Origin: an uncultured Acidobacteriota bacterium
GTDB taxonomy: Bacteria > Acidobacteriota > Vicinamibacteria > Vicinamibacterales > SCN-69-37
Direction of reading: 5' to 3'
Length of the DNA stretch: 64,000 nt
Assembly (NCBI GenBank): GCA_963764505.1
Contig: CAVXSP010000002.1
Location: 38,940-102,939 of the forward strand
The notes under the pieces are model-generated. The model saw nothing but the letters and a program-made list of their open reading frames with translations, was not told the origin of the DNA and did not search any database. Numbering within the stretch: position 1 is the first letter of the stretch; every line of letters begins with the position of its first letter. The position numbers were made by a program, and so were the translations under genes. Shown here piece by piece: positions 11,763 to 21,684 of the stretch.

Positions 11763-11989
11763 CCAAGCAGCCCATCAACGAGCTCGTGACCGTGCGGACC
11801 TGCCGGGACGTCCAGGAGGCGCAGGTGATCCGGTCGATGCTGGAGGCCGGCGGCATCACGGCGTTCATCCCCGACGAGAACGCCGCCGGTTTGTATCCGC
11901 CGCAGATCCTCGACACCAACGGCGTGCGGGTGCAGGTCGCGGTCGAGGACGCCGCGCTGGCGCGCGAGCTGCTCGAACGCGACGCGTGA
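11759..11989 (+). CDS. DUF2007-like small putative signal-transducing protein
   Basis: ELVTVRTC...[20 protein letters not shown]...GVRVQV...DAALARELL matches the DUF2007 pattern; 4-nt overlaps with both neighbours. Confidence 0.75.
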   Translation: MTKQPINELVTVRTCRDVQEAQVIRSMLEAGGITAFIPDENAAGLYPPQILDTNGVRVQVAVEDAALARELLERDA

Positions 11990-13515
11990 GGCCCAAGGTC
12001 CTGATCGCGAATCGCGGCGAGATCGCCGTGCGAATCATCCGGGCCTGCCGCGAGCTGCGGCTGGGCACGGTCGCGGTCTTCTCCGAGAGCGACCGGGCGG
12101 CGCTGCACGTGCGCCTCGCGGACGAGGCCCATCCGATCGGACCGGCGCCCGCCGTCGACAGTTACCTCCGCATCGAGCGGATCGTGGAGGCCGCCGCCCG
12201 CTCCGGCGCCTCCCTCGTACACCCCGGCTACGGCTTCCTGGCCGAGAACGCCGCGTTCGCGCAGGCGTGTCTGGACGCGGGCCTGACGTTCGTGGGCCCC
12301 CGCCCCGACGTGATCGACCTCATGGGTCGCAAGACCGCGGCTCGCCGCGTTGCGCTTCGCGCAGGCGCACCCGTCGTGCCGGGCACCGACGGGGCGTTCG
12401 CGCCGGATGCGCCGCTCGAGGAGATCGCCGTGGCCGCCCGCACCGTCGGGTTTCCCCTCCTGGTGAAGGCGGTCGCCGGCGGCGGCGGACGAGGCATGCG
12501 CCTCGTCGGCGCCGAGCGTGCGCTGGAACCCGCCGTGCGCGCCGCACGGTCGGAAGCCTCGTCGGCGTTCGGCGACGCGGCAATCTATCTCGAGCGGCAG
12601 CTCGTGGCGCCGCGCCACATCGAAATCCAGCTCCTCGGCGACCAGCACGGGACGATCCTGCCGTTCGTCGAGCGCGAGTGCTCGATCCAGCGGCGGCATC
12701 AGAAGGTCGTCGAGGAGTCACCGTCTCCCGCGCTCGACGACGCGACGCGGCGGGCCATCGGCGAATGCGCCGCGCGGGTCGCGCGCGAGGTCGGCTACAC
12801 GAGCGCCGGGACGATCGAGTTCCTGGTCGAGGCGGCGGCCTCGCCTCCGCGCTGGTACTTCCTCGAGATGAACACGCGCCTGCAGGTCGAACATCCGGTC
12901 ACGGAGATGGTGACCGGCGTCGACCTGGTGCAGTGGCAGCTGCGAATCGCCCTCGGCGAGCGGCTCACTGTCCCGCCGGCCCAGGCGCTCGAGGCCCGTG
13001 GCCACGCGATCGAGTGCCGCGTCTACGCCGAGGATCCGGACCGCGGCTTCCTGCCCTCGCCGGGCCTCGTGCGCGCGCTGAGCCTGCCGGGCGGGCCGGG
13101 CGTGCGCGACGACCGTGGCGTGGCTCCGGGATTCGAGATCCCGAGCGACTACGACGCGATGGTGTCGAAGCTCGTCGTCTGGGGCGACACGCGCGAATCG
13201 GCGGTGGCCCGCCTGCGCCGCGCGCTCGCCGAGTACCGCGTCGTCGGACTGCTCACGACCGTGCCCTTCTTTCAGTGGCTGGTCGGGCAGCCCGCATTTC
13301 TCGAAGGCGCGTTCGACACGACGTTTCTCGATGACGTGCTCGCCCGTCGGGATGCGCGGCAGCCGTTCGTGCCTCCCGACTCGGGAGACGAGCGCGACGC
13401 CGCGATCGCAGTCGGTCTGGCCGAATGGCTGCGCGCCCGGCGTGCTGACGGCGGTCCGGACGAGCGCGAGCGCGGCGTGTGGCGCCGGACGGCGCGGCTC
13501 GAAGGCCTGAGATGA
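11986..13515 (+). CDS. Biotin carboxylase subunit of acyl-CoA carboxylase
   Basis: KVLIANRGEIAVRI, HPGYGFLAEN, GGGGRGM, ERECSIQRRHQK, EMNTRLQVEHPVTE. Confidence 0.95.
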   Translation: MRPKVLIANRGEIAVRIIRACRELRLGTVAVFSESDRAALHVRLADEAHPIGPAPAVDSYLRIERIVEAAARSGASLVHPGYGFLAENAAFAQACLDAGLTFVGPRPDVIDLMGRKTAARRVALRAGAPVVPGTDGAFAPDAPLEEIAVAARTVGFPLLVKAVAGGGGRGMRLVGAERALEPAVRAARSEASSAFGDAAIYLERQLVAPRHIEIQLLGDQHGTILPFVERECSIQRRHQKVVEESPSPALDDATRRAIGECAARVAREVGYTSAGTIEFLVEAAASPPRWYFLEMNTRLQVEHPVTEMVTGVDLVQWQLRIALGERLTVPPAQALEARGHAIECRVYAEDPDRGFLPSPGLVRALSLPGGPGVRDDRGVAPGFEIPSDYDAMVSKLVVWGDTRESAVARLRRALAEYRVVGLLTTVPFFQWLVGQPAFLEGAFDTTFLDDVLARRDARQPFVPPDSGDERDAAIAVGLAEWLRARRADGGPDERERGVWRRTARLEGLR

Positions 13516-14030
13516 CCATCGATGTGGAGATCGGCGGCCGCGTCCGCTCCGTCCGCGTCGAACCGATCGATCCAGCCAATGGCGGCCGGGACGGCCGCTT
13601 CCTGGTATTCGTGGACGACGAGGAGGCGCGCGTGAGCATCCGCCAGACCGAGCTCGGGCTCTCGCTCGTGTTCGCCGGCGGCCGCGTTCTGGACGCCGCG
13701 CTCACCGAAAGGTCCCGCGGCGAGTGGCTGGTACAGCTGCCTCACGTCGGCCTGGTCGCCGGCGTCGGCATGCGCGGCCGGCAGCGGCTGGCCGCCTCGC
13801 CCGGCGCCGTCGGCGGCGAGCAGTTGGTCGCGGCGCCGATGCCCGGCCGCGTGCTCCGGGTGCTGGTCGGCGTCGGCGACCTGGTCGCCGAGCGGCAGGG
13901 ACTCGTCGTGGTCGAGGCGATGAAGATGGAGAACGAGATCGGCTCCCCGAAGGCCGGGCGCGTCAAGGTGATCGCCGTCTCCGAAGGACTCTCGATCGAG
14001 GCCGGCCGCCTGCTCGCGATCGTGGAGTGA
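13512..14030 (+). CDS. Biotin carboxyl carrier (biotin/lipoyl) protein
   Basis: APMPGRV...VVEAMKMENEI (biotinylated Lys motif); ATG 13512 overlaps the upstream stop. Confidence 0.92.
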   Translation: MTIDVEIGGRVRSVRVEPIDPANGGRDGRFLVFVDDEEARVSIRQTELGLSLVFAGGRVLDAALTERSRGEWLVQLPHVGLVAGVGMRGRQRLAASPGAVGGEQLVAAPMPGRVLRVLVGVGDLVAERQGLVVVEAMKMENEIGSPKAGRVKVIAVSEGLSIEAGRLLAIVE

Positions 14031-14060
14031 AGGATCAGGCTGTCGGTTAAGCTGAAGGGC

Positions 14061-17000
14061 GTGAACGACCGCGATCACGGGCCCAGCGCCGCCTCCGGCA
14101 GCGCCGAGCGCGCGGAGGCTCGTGCCGGTGGGACCCGGCGGCGCGCCTGGCGCTGGCTGCGGCGCGGCCTGCTGCTCGCGGCGGCCCTGTGCGCGGCGCT
14201 CGTGGTCGCGGTCTTTTCCGTCGATCTCGGGCCCTCGGTTCGACAGCGCGCCGAGCGCGCCGCGACGAACTATCTCGAGCGGCCGATGCACATCGGGGCG
14301 CTCAAAGCCCTCCTGTGGCCCGGACGATTCGAGCTGGACGACGTCGTGATCGAGGGCGTCTCGAAGGCGGATCGACCATTCCTGAGCGCCCGCAGGATCT
14401 TCGTCGACGTCACGTGGCGCACGCTCCTGCACCTCTCGCAGCCGGAGCTGTACCTCGACGTCACGATGACGGACTGGCACATGACGGTCGAGACGTGGCC
14501 GGGCCGCCCGTCCAGCATGCCCAAGCTCACGCCGAAGAGCCGCGGCAACGGACCCAAGCGGTTCACGACGACGGTGCGGGTGCTGGCCAACCGGGGACAG
14601 TTCGCCTTCTTCGATCACGGCACGCCCTGGAGCGTCCTCGCGCCGAACCTGGCGTTCGGGCTTCAGCGGGACGAGAAGCTGCACACCTATGTCGGGCAGA
14701 TGCATTTCGACGACGGCGTGGTCCAGATCCAGAACTTCCTCCCGATGAGCGCGCGCCTGTCGACCGCCTTCACGCTCGATGGCGGCCACGTCCATCTTCC
14801 CCGGATCGATCTCCTCACCGACGGCGCCCAATCCACGCTCTCGGGCGACGTGTACCTGGATCGCTGGCCGGAACAGACCTATCACGTCGATTCGCAGCTG
14901 AGCTTCGCGCGGATGCGCGAGCTGTTCTTCGCCAACGAGAGCTGGCGCGTGAACGGCGACGGGCGCTTCACCGGCACGTTCCATCTTCCGCAGGGCGGGG
15001 GCAGGGAGCTGCGCGGTTCGTTCGCGAGCCAGACCGCCGTGCTCGACACGCCCGGAACCCGCCTCGTGTTTCCGAACCTGCGCGGGTCACTGGCGTGGCT
15101 TCCAGACCGTTTCAGCGTGACCGACGCGAGCGCCGGATTCTACGGCGGCCGGGCGGGCTTCTCCTACGTGCTCGCGCCGCTCGGGTCGTCCCGGCCCGCG
15201 AGAGCGACCTTCGCGACCGACTACCAGGACGTCGACCTGACCGCGTTCATCCGCGGGATCGACTGGACGGGCATGGACCTGCGGGGGCGCGCGAGCGGTC
15301 GACAGGAGCTGACCTGGCAGAACGGCCGGCTGCGCCCGACGGTCTCCGGGCACGGCGCGCTGACGCTGACGCCGCCGGCGGGCACGGCGCTTGCCGGCGA
15401 AGCCCCGGGGCCGTCCGATGACGCGACCCTCGGCGACGGCGCCGGCAGCGGCGCGGACGCCGCTCTGGGGCCGCTGCCCGTCGGGGGCGAGATTGCGTAT
15501 CGGATGGATCCGGACGGTCTCGATCTGGAGCCGGGCTGGGTCGCCAGTCCCTCGACCTTCATCAGCTTTCGCGGGCGCGCGGACTACGGCGCGCGCTCGA
15601 ACCTGCCGTTCCACGTCACGAGCCGCGACTGGGAGCAGAGCGATCGACTGCTGGCCGCGATCCTGACGTCCATGGGCCAGCCGACGAGCGCGATCCCGGT
15701 CGGCGGCCACGGGCAGTTCGACGGCGTGATGACCGCGTCGTTCTCCAAGCCCCGCATCGAAGGCGAGTTCATCGGCGACGCCACGAGGGCCTGGGGCATC
15801 ACGTGGGGCCAGGTCGCGGGGCACGTCACGATCGAGGATCAGTTCGTCACCGTGGCCGACGGCATCGTCGGTTCCGGGCCCGAGCGGCGGATTCTGGTCG
15901 ACGGCCGGTTTGCGCTGGGCTTCCGTCCCGCGGGCGACAGCGCCCGCGAGCTGACGGACGTGCGCGCGCGGGTGACCGGCTGGCCCGTCGACGACTTCCG
16001 CCAGGCGTTCGGTCTGGCCGACTGGCCGGTCGCGGGAACGGTTGGCGCCGCCGACATTCGCCTTTCCGGTCCGTACCGCGGTCCGCGCGGAAGCGGCACG
16101 CTGCGGATCGACCGCGGCACGGCCTGGGGCGAGACGTTCGACACGGTAGGCGGCGAGCTCGCCTTCACCGGCGCGGGCCTCGACATCACGCAGATCGTCA
16201 TGGGCAAGGCCGGCGGACATGTCGTCGGCTCGGCGGTCATCAAGTGGGACGGCACCTACGCCTTCGACGCCGCCGGCGATCGGATTCCCGTGGAGTCGCT
16301 GACGAGCGTGGCGGTGCCGTCGGCGCCGCTCTCGGGCGTGCTGCACTTCACGGCGTCCGGAGAAGGCGAATTCTCTTCGCCCGCCTACGTGTTCAAGGCG
16401 ACCGTTCCCGACCTCTCGGCGGGGAGCCAGGGGATTGGCGCCGTGTCGGGCGTGCTGGAGGTCCGCGACCACACGCTGTTCATCCAGCAGCTCGAGGCGC
16501 ACTCGGTCCTGCTGCAGCTCTCGGGCTCGGGCAGCATCGCCCTGAACGACGTCTACGACTCCACGCTGAACTTCAGGTTCGCGAACAGCCGGATCGATCC
16601 CTATCTTCCGCTCGTCGCCCCGAAGCTGGCGTCGGAGCTGTCGCAGTACACGCGTGCCGTCGTGGCCGGCGTCGTGCAGGTGCACGGCGGGCTGAAGGAC
16701 CTCTCGCGGCTCTCCGCGTCGGCGAGCGTCGAGCGGGCCGACCTGACGCTCTTCGACTACACCCTCTCGAACGACGGGCCGATCCAGCTCGCGTTCGACC
16801 ACGACGTGGCGACCATCGGCCATCTCGTGCTGACAGGGAAGGACACCAGCCTGACGATTGCCGGCGACATACCGCGGTCCGCGGCGCCGATGCGGGTGAC
16901 GGCGAACGGCCGGGCCAACCTGGCGATCCTGCAGCTCATCTTTCCGAATCTCGCGAGCTCGGGCGTCGCGACCGTGAACGTGCAGTTCGGCGGAGATCTC

Positions 17001-18236
17001 CACGCGCTCACCATCTCGGGCCAAGGCGAGATCAGCGACGGCCGGCTGCGCTACCGCAGCTTTCCGCACGGGCTGGAACAGATCAACGGCCCGCTGACGT
17101 TCGATGCCAATCGGATCACCGTCGACCGCGTGCGGGCGCGACTGGGCGAAGGGGACGTGACGTTCACGGGGGCGATCGATCTGAAGGGTCTCGTGCCGGA
17201 TCAGTACGACCTGCACGCGGACGGACGCTCGATGAGCCTGAGATATCCCGCGGGGTTCCAGTCGACGGTCAACGCCAACCTGACGCTCACCGGGCCCGTG
17301 GATGGCCCGACGCTCGGCGGCGACGTGACGGTGCTGCGGTCGACCTACCTGCAGGAGATCGACAGCGATCAGGCCTACCTGGCGCTGGCCGCGCTGGGGT
17401 CGTCGACGGGCGCAGAGGCGGGCGTCGCCGACGAGAGCACCTTCCCGGTGAAGCTCGATCTGACCATCCGGGCGCCTTCGCGCCGGGTCACCATCGACAC
17501 GCCGATTGCCCAGATCGCCGGCTCCGCCAACCTGACCGTCGGCGGGACGATCGACGCGCCCGCGGTCAACGGGCTGGTGACCATCGAGGGAGGCAGCTTC
17601 TTCGCGTTCGGGAACCGCTACACCGTGCTGCCGAGCTCGATCGACTTCTTCAATCCGTCGCGGATCCAGCCGTCGTTCGACGTCACGTTCTCGACGCGCG
17701 TCAGGGTTCCGCAGCAGACCTACGAGGTCACCATCCGGTTCACCGGCGAGGCCGATCGGCTCGATCTGAACGTGACGTCGGATCCCTACCTGCCGTTGTA
17801 CGATCTCGTCAATCTCCTGCTCGGCGAGCGCTACGACCCCGGAACGCTGGGCAGCGCCGAGCTGCGGGCGGCGGTTTCGCCGCAGATCGCCCAGCAGCAG
17901 GCGATGCGCAACCTCGCGGCGCAGCTCCTGACGCTGCCGATCTCGTCGCGGATCGGCAGCGTCGTCCAGCGCACGATTCCGTTCGACACGTTCTCCATCG
18001 TGCCGCTGCTCGGCAACGAGGCGACGCTCCAGGCGCTGACGCCGGGCGCGCGCGTGACGCTGGGCAAGAGGATTTCGGATCGCGTGTTCCTGACCTACTC
18101 GCGCGCGCTCAACGCCACGAAGCAGTACGACATCGTGCTGCTCGAGTACGAACAGAGCGACCGCATGTCATGGGTGCTGTCGCGGAACGAGGACCGCACG
18201 TTTGCGCTCGATTTCCGGATCCGGCACGTCTTCTAG
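14061..18236 (+). CDS. tamB: TamB/AsmA-like translocation and assembly module protein
   Basis: 1391 aa; N-terminal TM anchor, long beta-strand-rich body, TamB-like C-terminus (RVTLGKRISDRVFLTYS...LLEYEQSDRMSW...DFRIRHVF); adjacent to an Omp85 gene. Confidence 0.8.
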   Translation: MNDRDHGPSAASGSAERAEARAGGTRRRAWRWLRRGLLLAAALCAALVVAVFSVDLGPSVRQRAERAATNYLERPMHIGALKALLWPGRFELDDVVIEGVSKADRPFLSARRIFVDVTWRTLLHLSQPELYLDVTMTDWHMTVETWPGRPSSMPKLTPKSRGNGPKRFTTTVRVLANRGQFAFFDHGTPWSVLAPNLAFGLQRDEKLHTYVGQMHFDDGVVQIQNFLPMSARLSTAFTLDGGHVHLPRIDLLTDGAQSTLSGDVYLDRWPEQTYHVDSQLSFARMRELFFANESWRVNGDGRFTGTFHLPQGGGRELRGSFASQTAVLDTPGTRLVFPNLRGSLAWLPDRFSVTDASAGFYGGRAGFSYVLAPLGSSRPARATFATDYQDVDLTAFIRGIDWTGMDLRGRASGRQELTWQNGRLRPTVSGHGALTLTPPAGTALAGEAPGPSDDATLGDGAGSGADAALGPLPVGGEIAYRMDPDGLDLEPGWVASPSTFISFRGRADYGARSNLPFHVTSRDWEQSDRLLAAILTSMGQPTSAIPVGGHGQFDGVMTASFSKPRIEGEFIGDATRAWGITWGQVAGHVTIEDQFVTVADGIVGSGPERRILVDGRFALGFRPAGDSARELTDVRARVTGWPVDDFRQAFGLADWPVAGTVGAADIRLSGPYRGPRGSGTLRIDRGTAWGETFDTVGGELAFTGAGLDITQIVMGKAGGHVVGSAVIKWDGTYAFDAAGDRIPVESLTSVAVPSAPLSGVLHFTASGEGEFSSPAYVFKATVPDLSAGSQGIGAVSGVLEVRDHTLFIQQLEAHSVLLQLSGSGSIALNDVYDSTLNFRFANSRIDPYLPLVAPKLASELSQYTRAVVAGVVQVHGGLKDLSRLSASASVERADLTLFDYTLSNDGPIQLAFDHDVATIGHLVLTGKDTSLTIAGDIPRSAAPMRVTANGRANLAILQLIFPNLASSGVATVNVQFGGDLHALTISGQGEISDGRLRYRSFPHGLEQINGPLTFDANRITVDRVRARLGEGDVTFTGAIDLKGLVPDQYDLHADGRSMSLRYPAGFQSTVNANLTLTGPVDGPTLGGDVTVLRSTYLQEIDSDQAYLALAALGSSTGAEAGVADESTFPVKLDLTIRAPSRRVTIDTPIAQIAGSANLTVGGTIDAPAVNGLVTIEGGSFFAFGNRYTVLPSSIDFFNPSRIQPSFDVTFSTRVRVPQQTYEVTIRFTGEADRLDLNVTSDPYLPLYDLVNLLLGERYDPGTLGSAELRAAVSPQIAQQQAMRNLAAQLLTLPISSRIGSVVQRTIPFDTFSIVPLLGNEATLQALTPGARVTLGKRISDRVFLTYSRALNATKQYDIVLLEYEQSDRMSWVLSRNEDRTFALDFRIRHVF

Positions 18237-18240
18237 ATTG

Positions 18241-21150
18241 ATGATCGGTCGAGCCGGACAGGTCCTCGCCGCCGTTCTCGCCGCCTTCGGTCTCGTGTCC
18301 TCCGCACGCGCCCAGGACGTCGTGCTGGGCGCGATCGGCCGGCCCGTCGCGGCCGTCCAGTTCGAGGTCGAGGACCGCCCGGTCACGTCGGCCGAGCTCC
18401 AGTCGCTCGTGCCCATCAGGATCGGCGACCCGCTCCAACTCGAGGCCGTTCGCGAAGCGGAAAGCCACCTCGTCAGCGCCGGCGGCTACGAGGACGTCCA
18501 GGTGTCCTATACGGATGCTCCGGACGGCCTGCACCTGCTGTTCAACCTGACGCCCCGGCATCCGATCGATCGGCTCGAGTTCACTGGCGCCACCGGGCTG
18601 CCGGCCAACGAGCTCGAGCGGCAGCTCCGGGAACGGTACGGCGGCCTGCCGGCGCGCGAGCCCCCCCAGGGCGTGGCCCTGGCGCTCGCCGGTCTCCTGC
18701 GCGACGAAGGCTTTCCCGAGGCGAAGGTCGAGCCGCGCGTCGACGTGACGCACAATCCCGATCGGGCCACCCTCGTGCTGAACGTCGCCGCCGGACCGCG
18801 GCCGCCAATCGCGCGGACCGACGTCGAGGGCACCTCGCCGCTCTCGCCGGCGCGCATCATCGAGCTGACGAACGCCGCGCCGGGCCAGCCGCTCCTGCGC
18901 TCCGATCTCGAGGCCAGGCTGGTCGCGATCGAAGACGATCTGCGCAAGCAGGGGTACTACAGCGCGGTGGCCCTGCTGCCCTCCGACCCGATCCTCACCG
19001 ACAGCGGATTCGTCGTGACGCTGCTCGTCAATGCGGGGCCGCGCGTGACGCTGCGCTGGGACGGCCCCCAGCCCCCCGGCGATCCGGAGGAGTTCGTTCC
19101 CATGCGGCGCCAGCGATCCGTCGACGAGGATCTGCTCGAGGACTCCGATCAGCGTGTCGCGGTCTACTGGCGCCGCCAGGGCTTCCGCGATGTGCGGGTG
19201 ACCCACTCCCGCGAGGTGCAGGCGGACCAGCTCGTCGTCACGATGCACGTCGACCGGGGGCTGCAGTACGTCACCGGCACCGTCCGCATCACCGGCAACG
19301 CGAACATGAGCGACGACGCCGTGCGGGAGACGCTGGGCGTCCGTCCGGGCGTGCCCTACGACCAGTCCCTCGTCTCGGCGGGGCTGGCGCGCCTGCGGAC
19401 GAGCTATCTGCGCCTGGGCTACTATCAGGTGTCCGTCAAGGAACTGGATCCGGAGGAAGTGGCCCGCACGCCGAACCAGGTGCACGTGGACGTCCGCATC
19501 GAGGTGGCGGAGGGGCCGCAGGCGCGAGTGGGCACGATCGAGCTGGCGGGCGTCAGCCCGCCCCGTCAGGCCGCTGTCCGCCGGCTCATGACGACGAAGC
19601 CCGGCGCGCCGTACGTGCGTGAGCTCCTCGAGCGCGACCGCGCCGAGATTGAGGCCTATTACCGGAATCTCGGCTTCGAGAGCGTTCAGGTCGGCATTCC
19701 GCAGGCCGCGCCGCGCGAGAACGCCGCCAGCCTCGAGGTCACCGTCAACGTCGACGAAGGCCCGCAGATCCTCGTCGGCGACATTCGGATCGTCGGCAAC
19801 CGCCGCGTGTCCGAGCAGGCCATCAAGAGCGAGATCACGCTCAAGGAAGGCCAGCCCTTCGGCGAGGCCGCCCGTCGGGAGAGCACCCGGCGCCTGTACC
19901 AGATGGGCGTCTTCCGGCAGGTCAGCATCGACGAGGAGCCGCGCGCCAGCGGCGACACGGTGGCGCACGTCATCGTCGCCGTCGAGGAGCTGCCGGCGAC
20001 GAGCATCGCCTACGGCGGCGGTCTCGAAGGAGGCCGGCAGCCGCTCAAGACGCCCGACGGCGCGTTCGAGGATCGGACGTTCTTCGCGCCGCGCGGGTTC
20101 TTCGAGGTGGGCCGCCGCAATCTGTGGGGGAAGAATCGATCGATCGACCTCTTCTCCCGCGTGGCCCCCCGGCCGGCGACGACGACCAGCGAGAACTTCG
20201 GGTTCCTCGAGTATCGGATGAGCGCCACCTACCGCGAGCCGCACGCGTTCGAATCCGATACGGACGTCACGGTCGGTCTCGCGTCGGAGCAGGCCGTGCG
20301 CACCGGCTTCAATTTCTTCCGCCGGAGCGCGACCTTGCAGGTTCTTCGCCGCCTGTCGAACCAGGTGAGCGTGACCGGACGCTACGGCCTGGAACATACG
20401 CGGCTGCGCGACGTCGATCCGACGATCATCGGGCCCGCCGACCAGGTGACGGTCGATCGGCTGTTCCCCCAGGTGCGTCTGTCGCTCATCTCGGGCGGCG
20501 CCGTCTGGGACCGGCGCGACGATCCCGTTGACCCCGCGCACGGCACGCTCACGAGCGCCGACCTGGAACTGGCCGCGCGGGGCCTCGGCTCACAGGTGGG
20601 ATTCGCGAAGGTGTTCCTCCAGACGTCGGCCTATCACGCGGTCAGCAGCACGCCGCGGACGATCCTCGCCGGAAGGGCCGAGCTCGGGCTCGCCCGCGGG
20701 TTCGAGCGCAGCACCGTCGACCCGGCCACCGGCGTGCCGGTCGTCACGACGGATCTGCCGATCAGCCAGCGCTTCTTCGCGGGCGGCAGCACGACCGTCC
20801 GCGGATTCCAGCTCGACCGCCTCGGCGCGTCGGAGGTGCTCACCTCCGACGGGCTGTCGCAAGGCGGCAACGGCGTGGTGATTCTGAACGCCGAGCTGCG
20901 GACCACCATTGGCCGGCTGCTCGGGCGCGAGTTCGGCATCGCGACGTTCGCGGACGCCGGCAACGTCTTCGCGAAAGCCAGCGACCTCGATCTCGCGCGC
21001 CTGCGCGCGTCGATCGGCTTCGGCTTGCGCTACAACTCGCCGCTCGGGCCGGTGCGGCTCGATTTCGGCTTCAAGACGGACCGCCAGACGATTGGAGGAC
21101 GTCTCGAGCGCGGCTGGGAGTACCACCTCAACATCGGCGAGGCGTTCTAG
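18241..21150 (+). CDS. Omp85 (BamA/TamA family) outer membrane protein with multiple POTRA domains
   Basis: Repeated POTRA motifs (IRIVGNRRVSE, LRKQGYY, YYRNLGF); barrel motifs RFFAGGSTTVRGF, NAELR, GLRYNSPLGPVRLDFG; C-terminal IGEAF. Confidence 0.92.
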   Translation: MIGRAGQVLAAVLAAFGLVSSARAQDVVLGAIGRPVAAVQFEVEDRPVTSAELQSLVPIRIGDPLQLEAVREAESHLVSAGGYEDVQVSYTDAPDGLHLLFNLTPRHPIDRLEFTGATGLPANELERQLRERYGGLPAREPPQGVALALAGLLRDEGFPEAKVEPRVDVTHNPDRATLVLNVAAGPRPPIARTDVEGTSPLSPARIIELTNAAPGQPLLRSDLEARLVAIEDDLRKQGYYSAVALLPSDPILTDSGFVVTLLVNAGPRVTLRWDGPQPPGDPEEFVPMRRQRSVDEDLLEDSDQRVAVYWRRQGFRDVRVTHSREVQADQLVVTMHVDRGLQYVTGTVRITGNANMSDDAVRETLGVRPGVPYDQSLVSAGLARLRTSYLRLGYYQVSVKELDPEEVARTPNQVHVDVRIEVAEGPQARVGTIELAGVSPPRQAAVRRLMTTKPGAPYVRELLERDRAEIEAYYRNLGFESVQVGIPQAAPRENAASLEVTVNVDEGPQILVGDIRIVGNRRVSEQAIKSEITLKEGQPFGEAARRESTRRLYQMGVFRQVSIDEEPRASGDTVAHVIVAVEELPATSIAYGGGLEGGRQPLKTPDGAFEDRTFFAPRGFFEVGRRNLWGKNRSIDLFSRVAPRPATTTSENFGFLEYRMSATYREPHAFESDTDVTVGLASEQAVRTGFNFFRRSATLQVLRRLSNQVSVTGRYGLEHTRLRDVDPTIIGPADQVTVDRLFPQVRLSLISGGAVWDRRDDPVDPAHGTLTSADLELAARGLGSQVGFAKVFLQTSAYHAVSSTPRTILAGRAELGLARGFERSTVDPATGVPVVTTDLPISQRFFAGGSTTVRGFQLDRLGASEVLTSDGLSQGGNGVVILNAELRTTIGRLLGREFGIATFADAGNVFAKASDLDLARLRASIGFGLRYNSPLGPVRLDFGFKTDRQTIGGRLERGWEYHLNIGEAF

Positions 21151-21203
21151 ACGCCATCTCAACACGGAACGATCAACTCGGAGCTCTGAACGGTCCTGTC
21201 CCA

Positions 21204-21665
21204 ATGAACGCACTGGCATTCGTCATCCTCTTCTCGGTCGCCCTGCCCGCCCAGCAAGTGCTCGACCACGTAGTTCTCCGGTTCGGGGGCGACATCGTCA
21301 CGCAGCTCGACGTGCGCCAGGCCCGCCTCCTCAAGCTGGTGGACGCCGCGAACGACACGGACGAGGCGTACGTCACGGCGCTCGTCAACCGGAAGCTGAT
21401 GCTGGCGGAAGTCCGGCGCAATCCTCCGGCCGAGCCGACCGCAGAAGCGGTGGACGCGCGATACCGGGCGTGGAGCCGCACGCTTGGCGACGGCGTCGAC
21501 CCGGCCAATCGCCTCGCGCGCGCCGGCATGACCGACGCCGGCGTGCGGGGCTGGCTCCGGGACGACATGCGGCTCGAGGCGTACGAGACGCAGCGCTTCG
21601 GCTCCCGCAGCGCCAATCTCGCGAGCTGGCTGGGCGTGCTCCGGCAGCGGGCGGGGCTGCAGTAG
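21204..21665 (+). CDS. Small exported protein resembling the SurA N-terminal chaperone domain
   Basis: Signal peptide, then VLDHVVLRFGGDIVTQLDV...ALVNRKLML, similar to SurA_N (VDRIVAVVN..VIT.SD); follows Omp85. Confidence 0.6.
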   Translation: MNALAFVILFSVALPAQQVLDHVVLRFGGDIVTQLDVRQARLLKLVDAANDTDEAYVTALVNRKLMLAEVRRNPPAEPTAEAVDARYRAWSRTLGDGVDPANRLARAGMTDAGVRGWLRDDMRLEAYETQRFGSRSANLASWLGVLRQRAGLQ

Positions 21666-21684
21666 CGTCGGCATCCCCGCGAAC

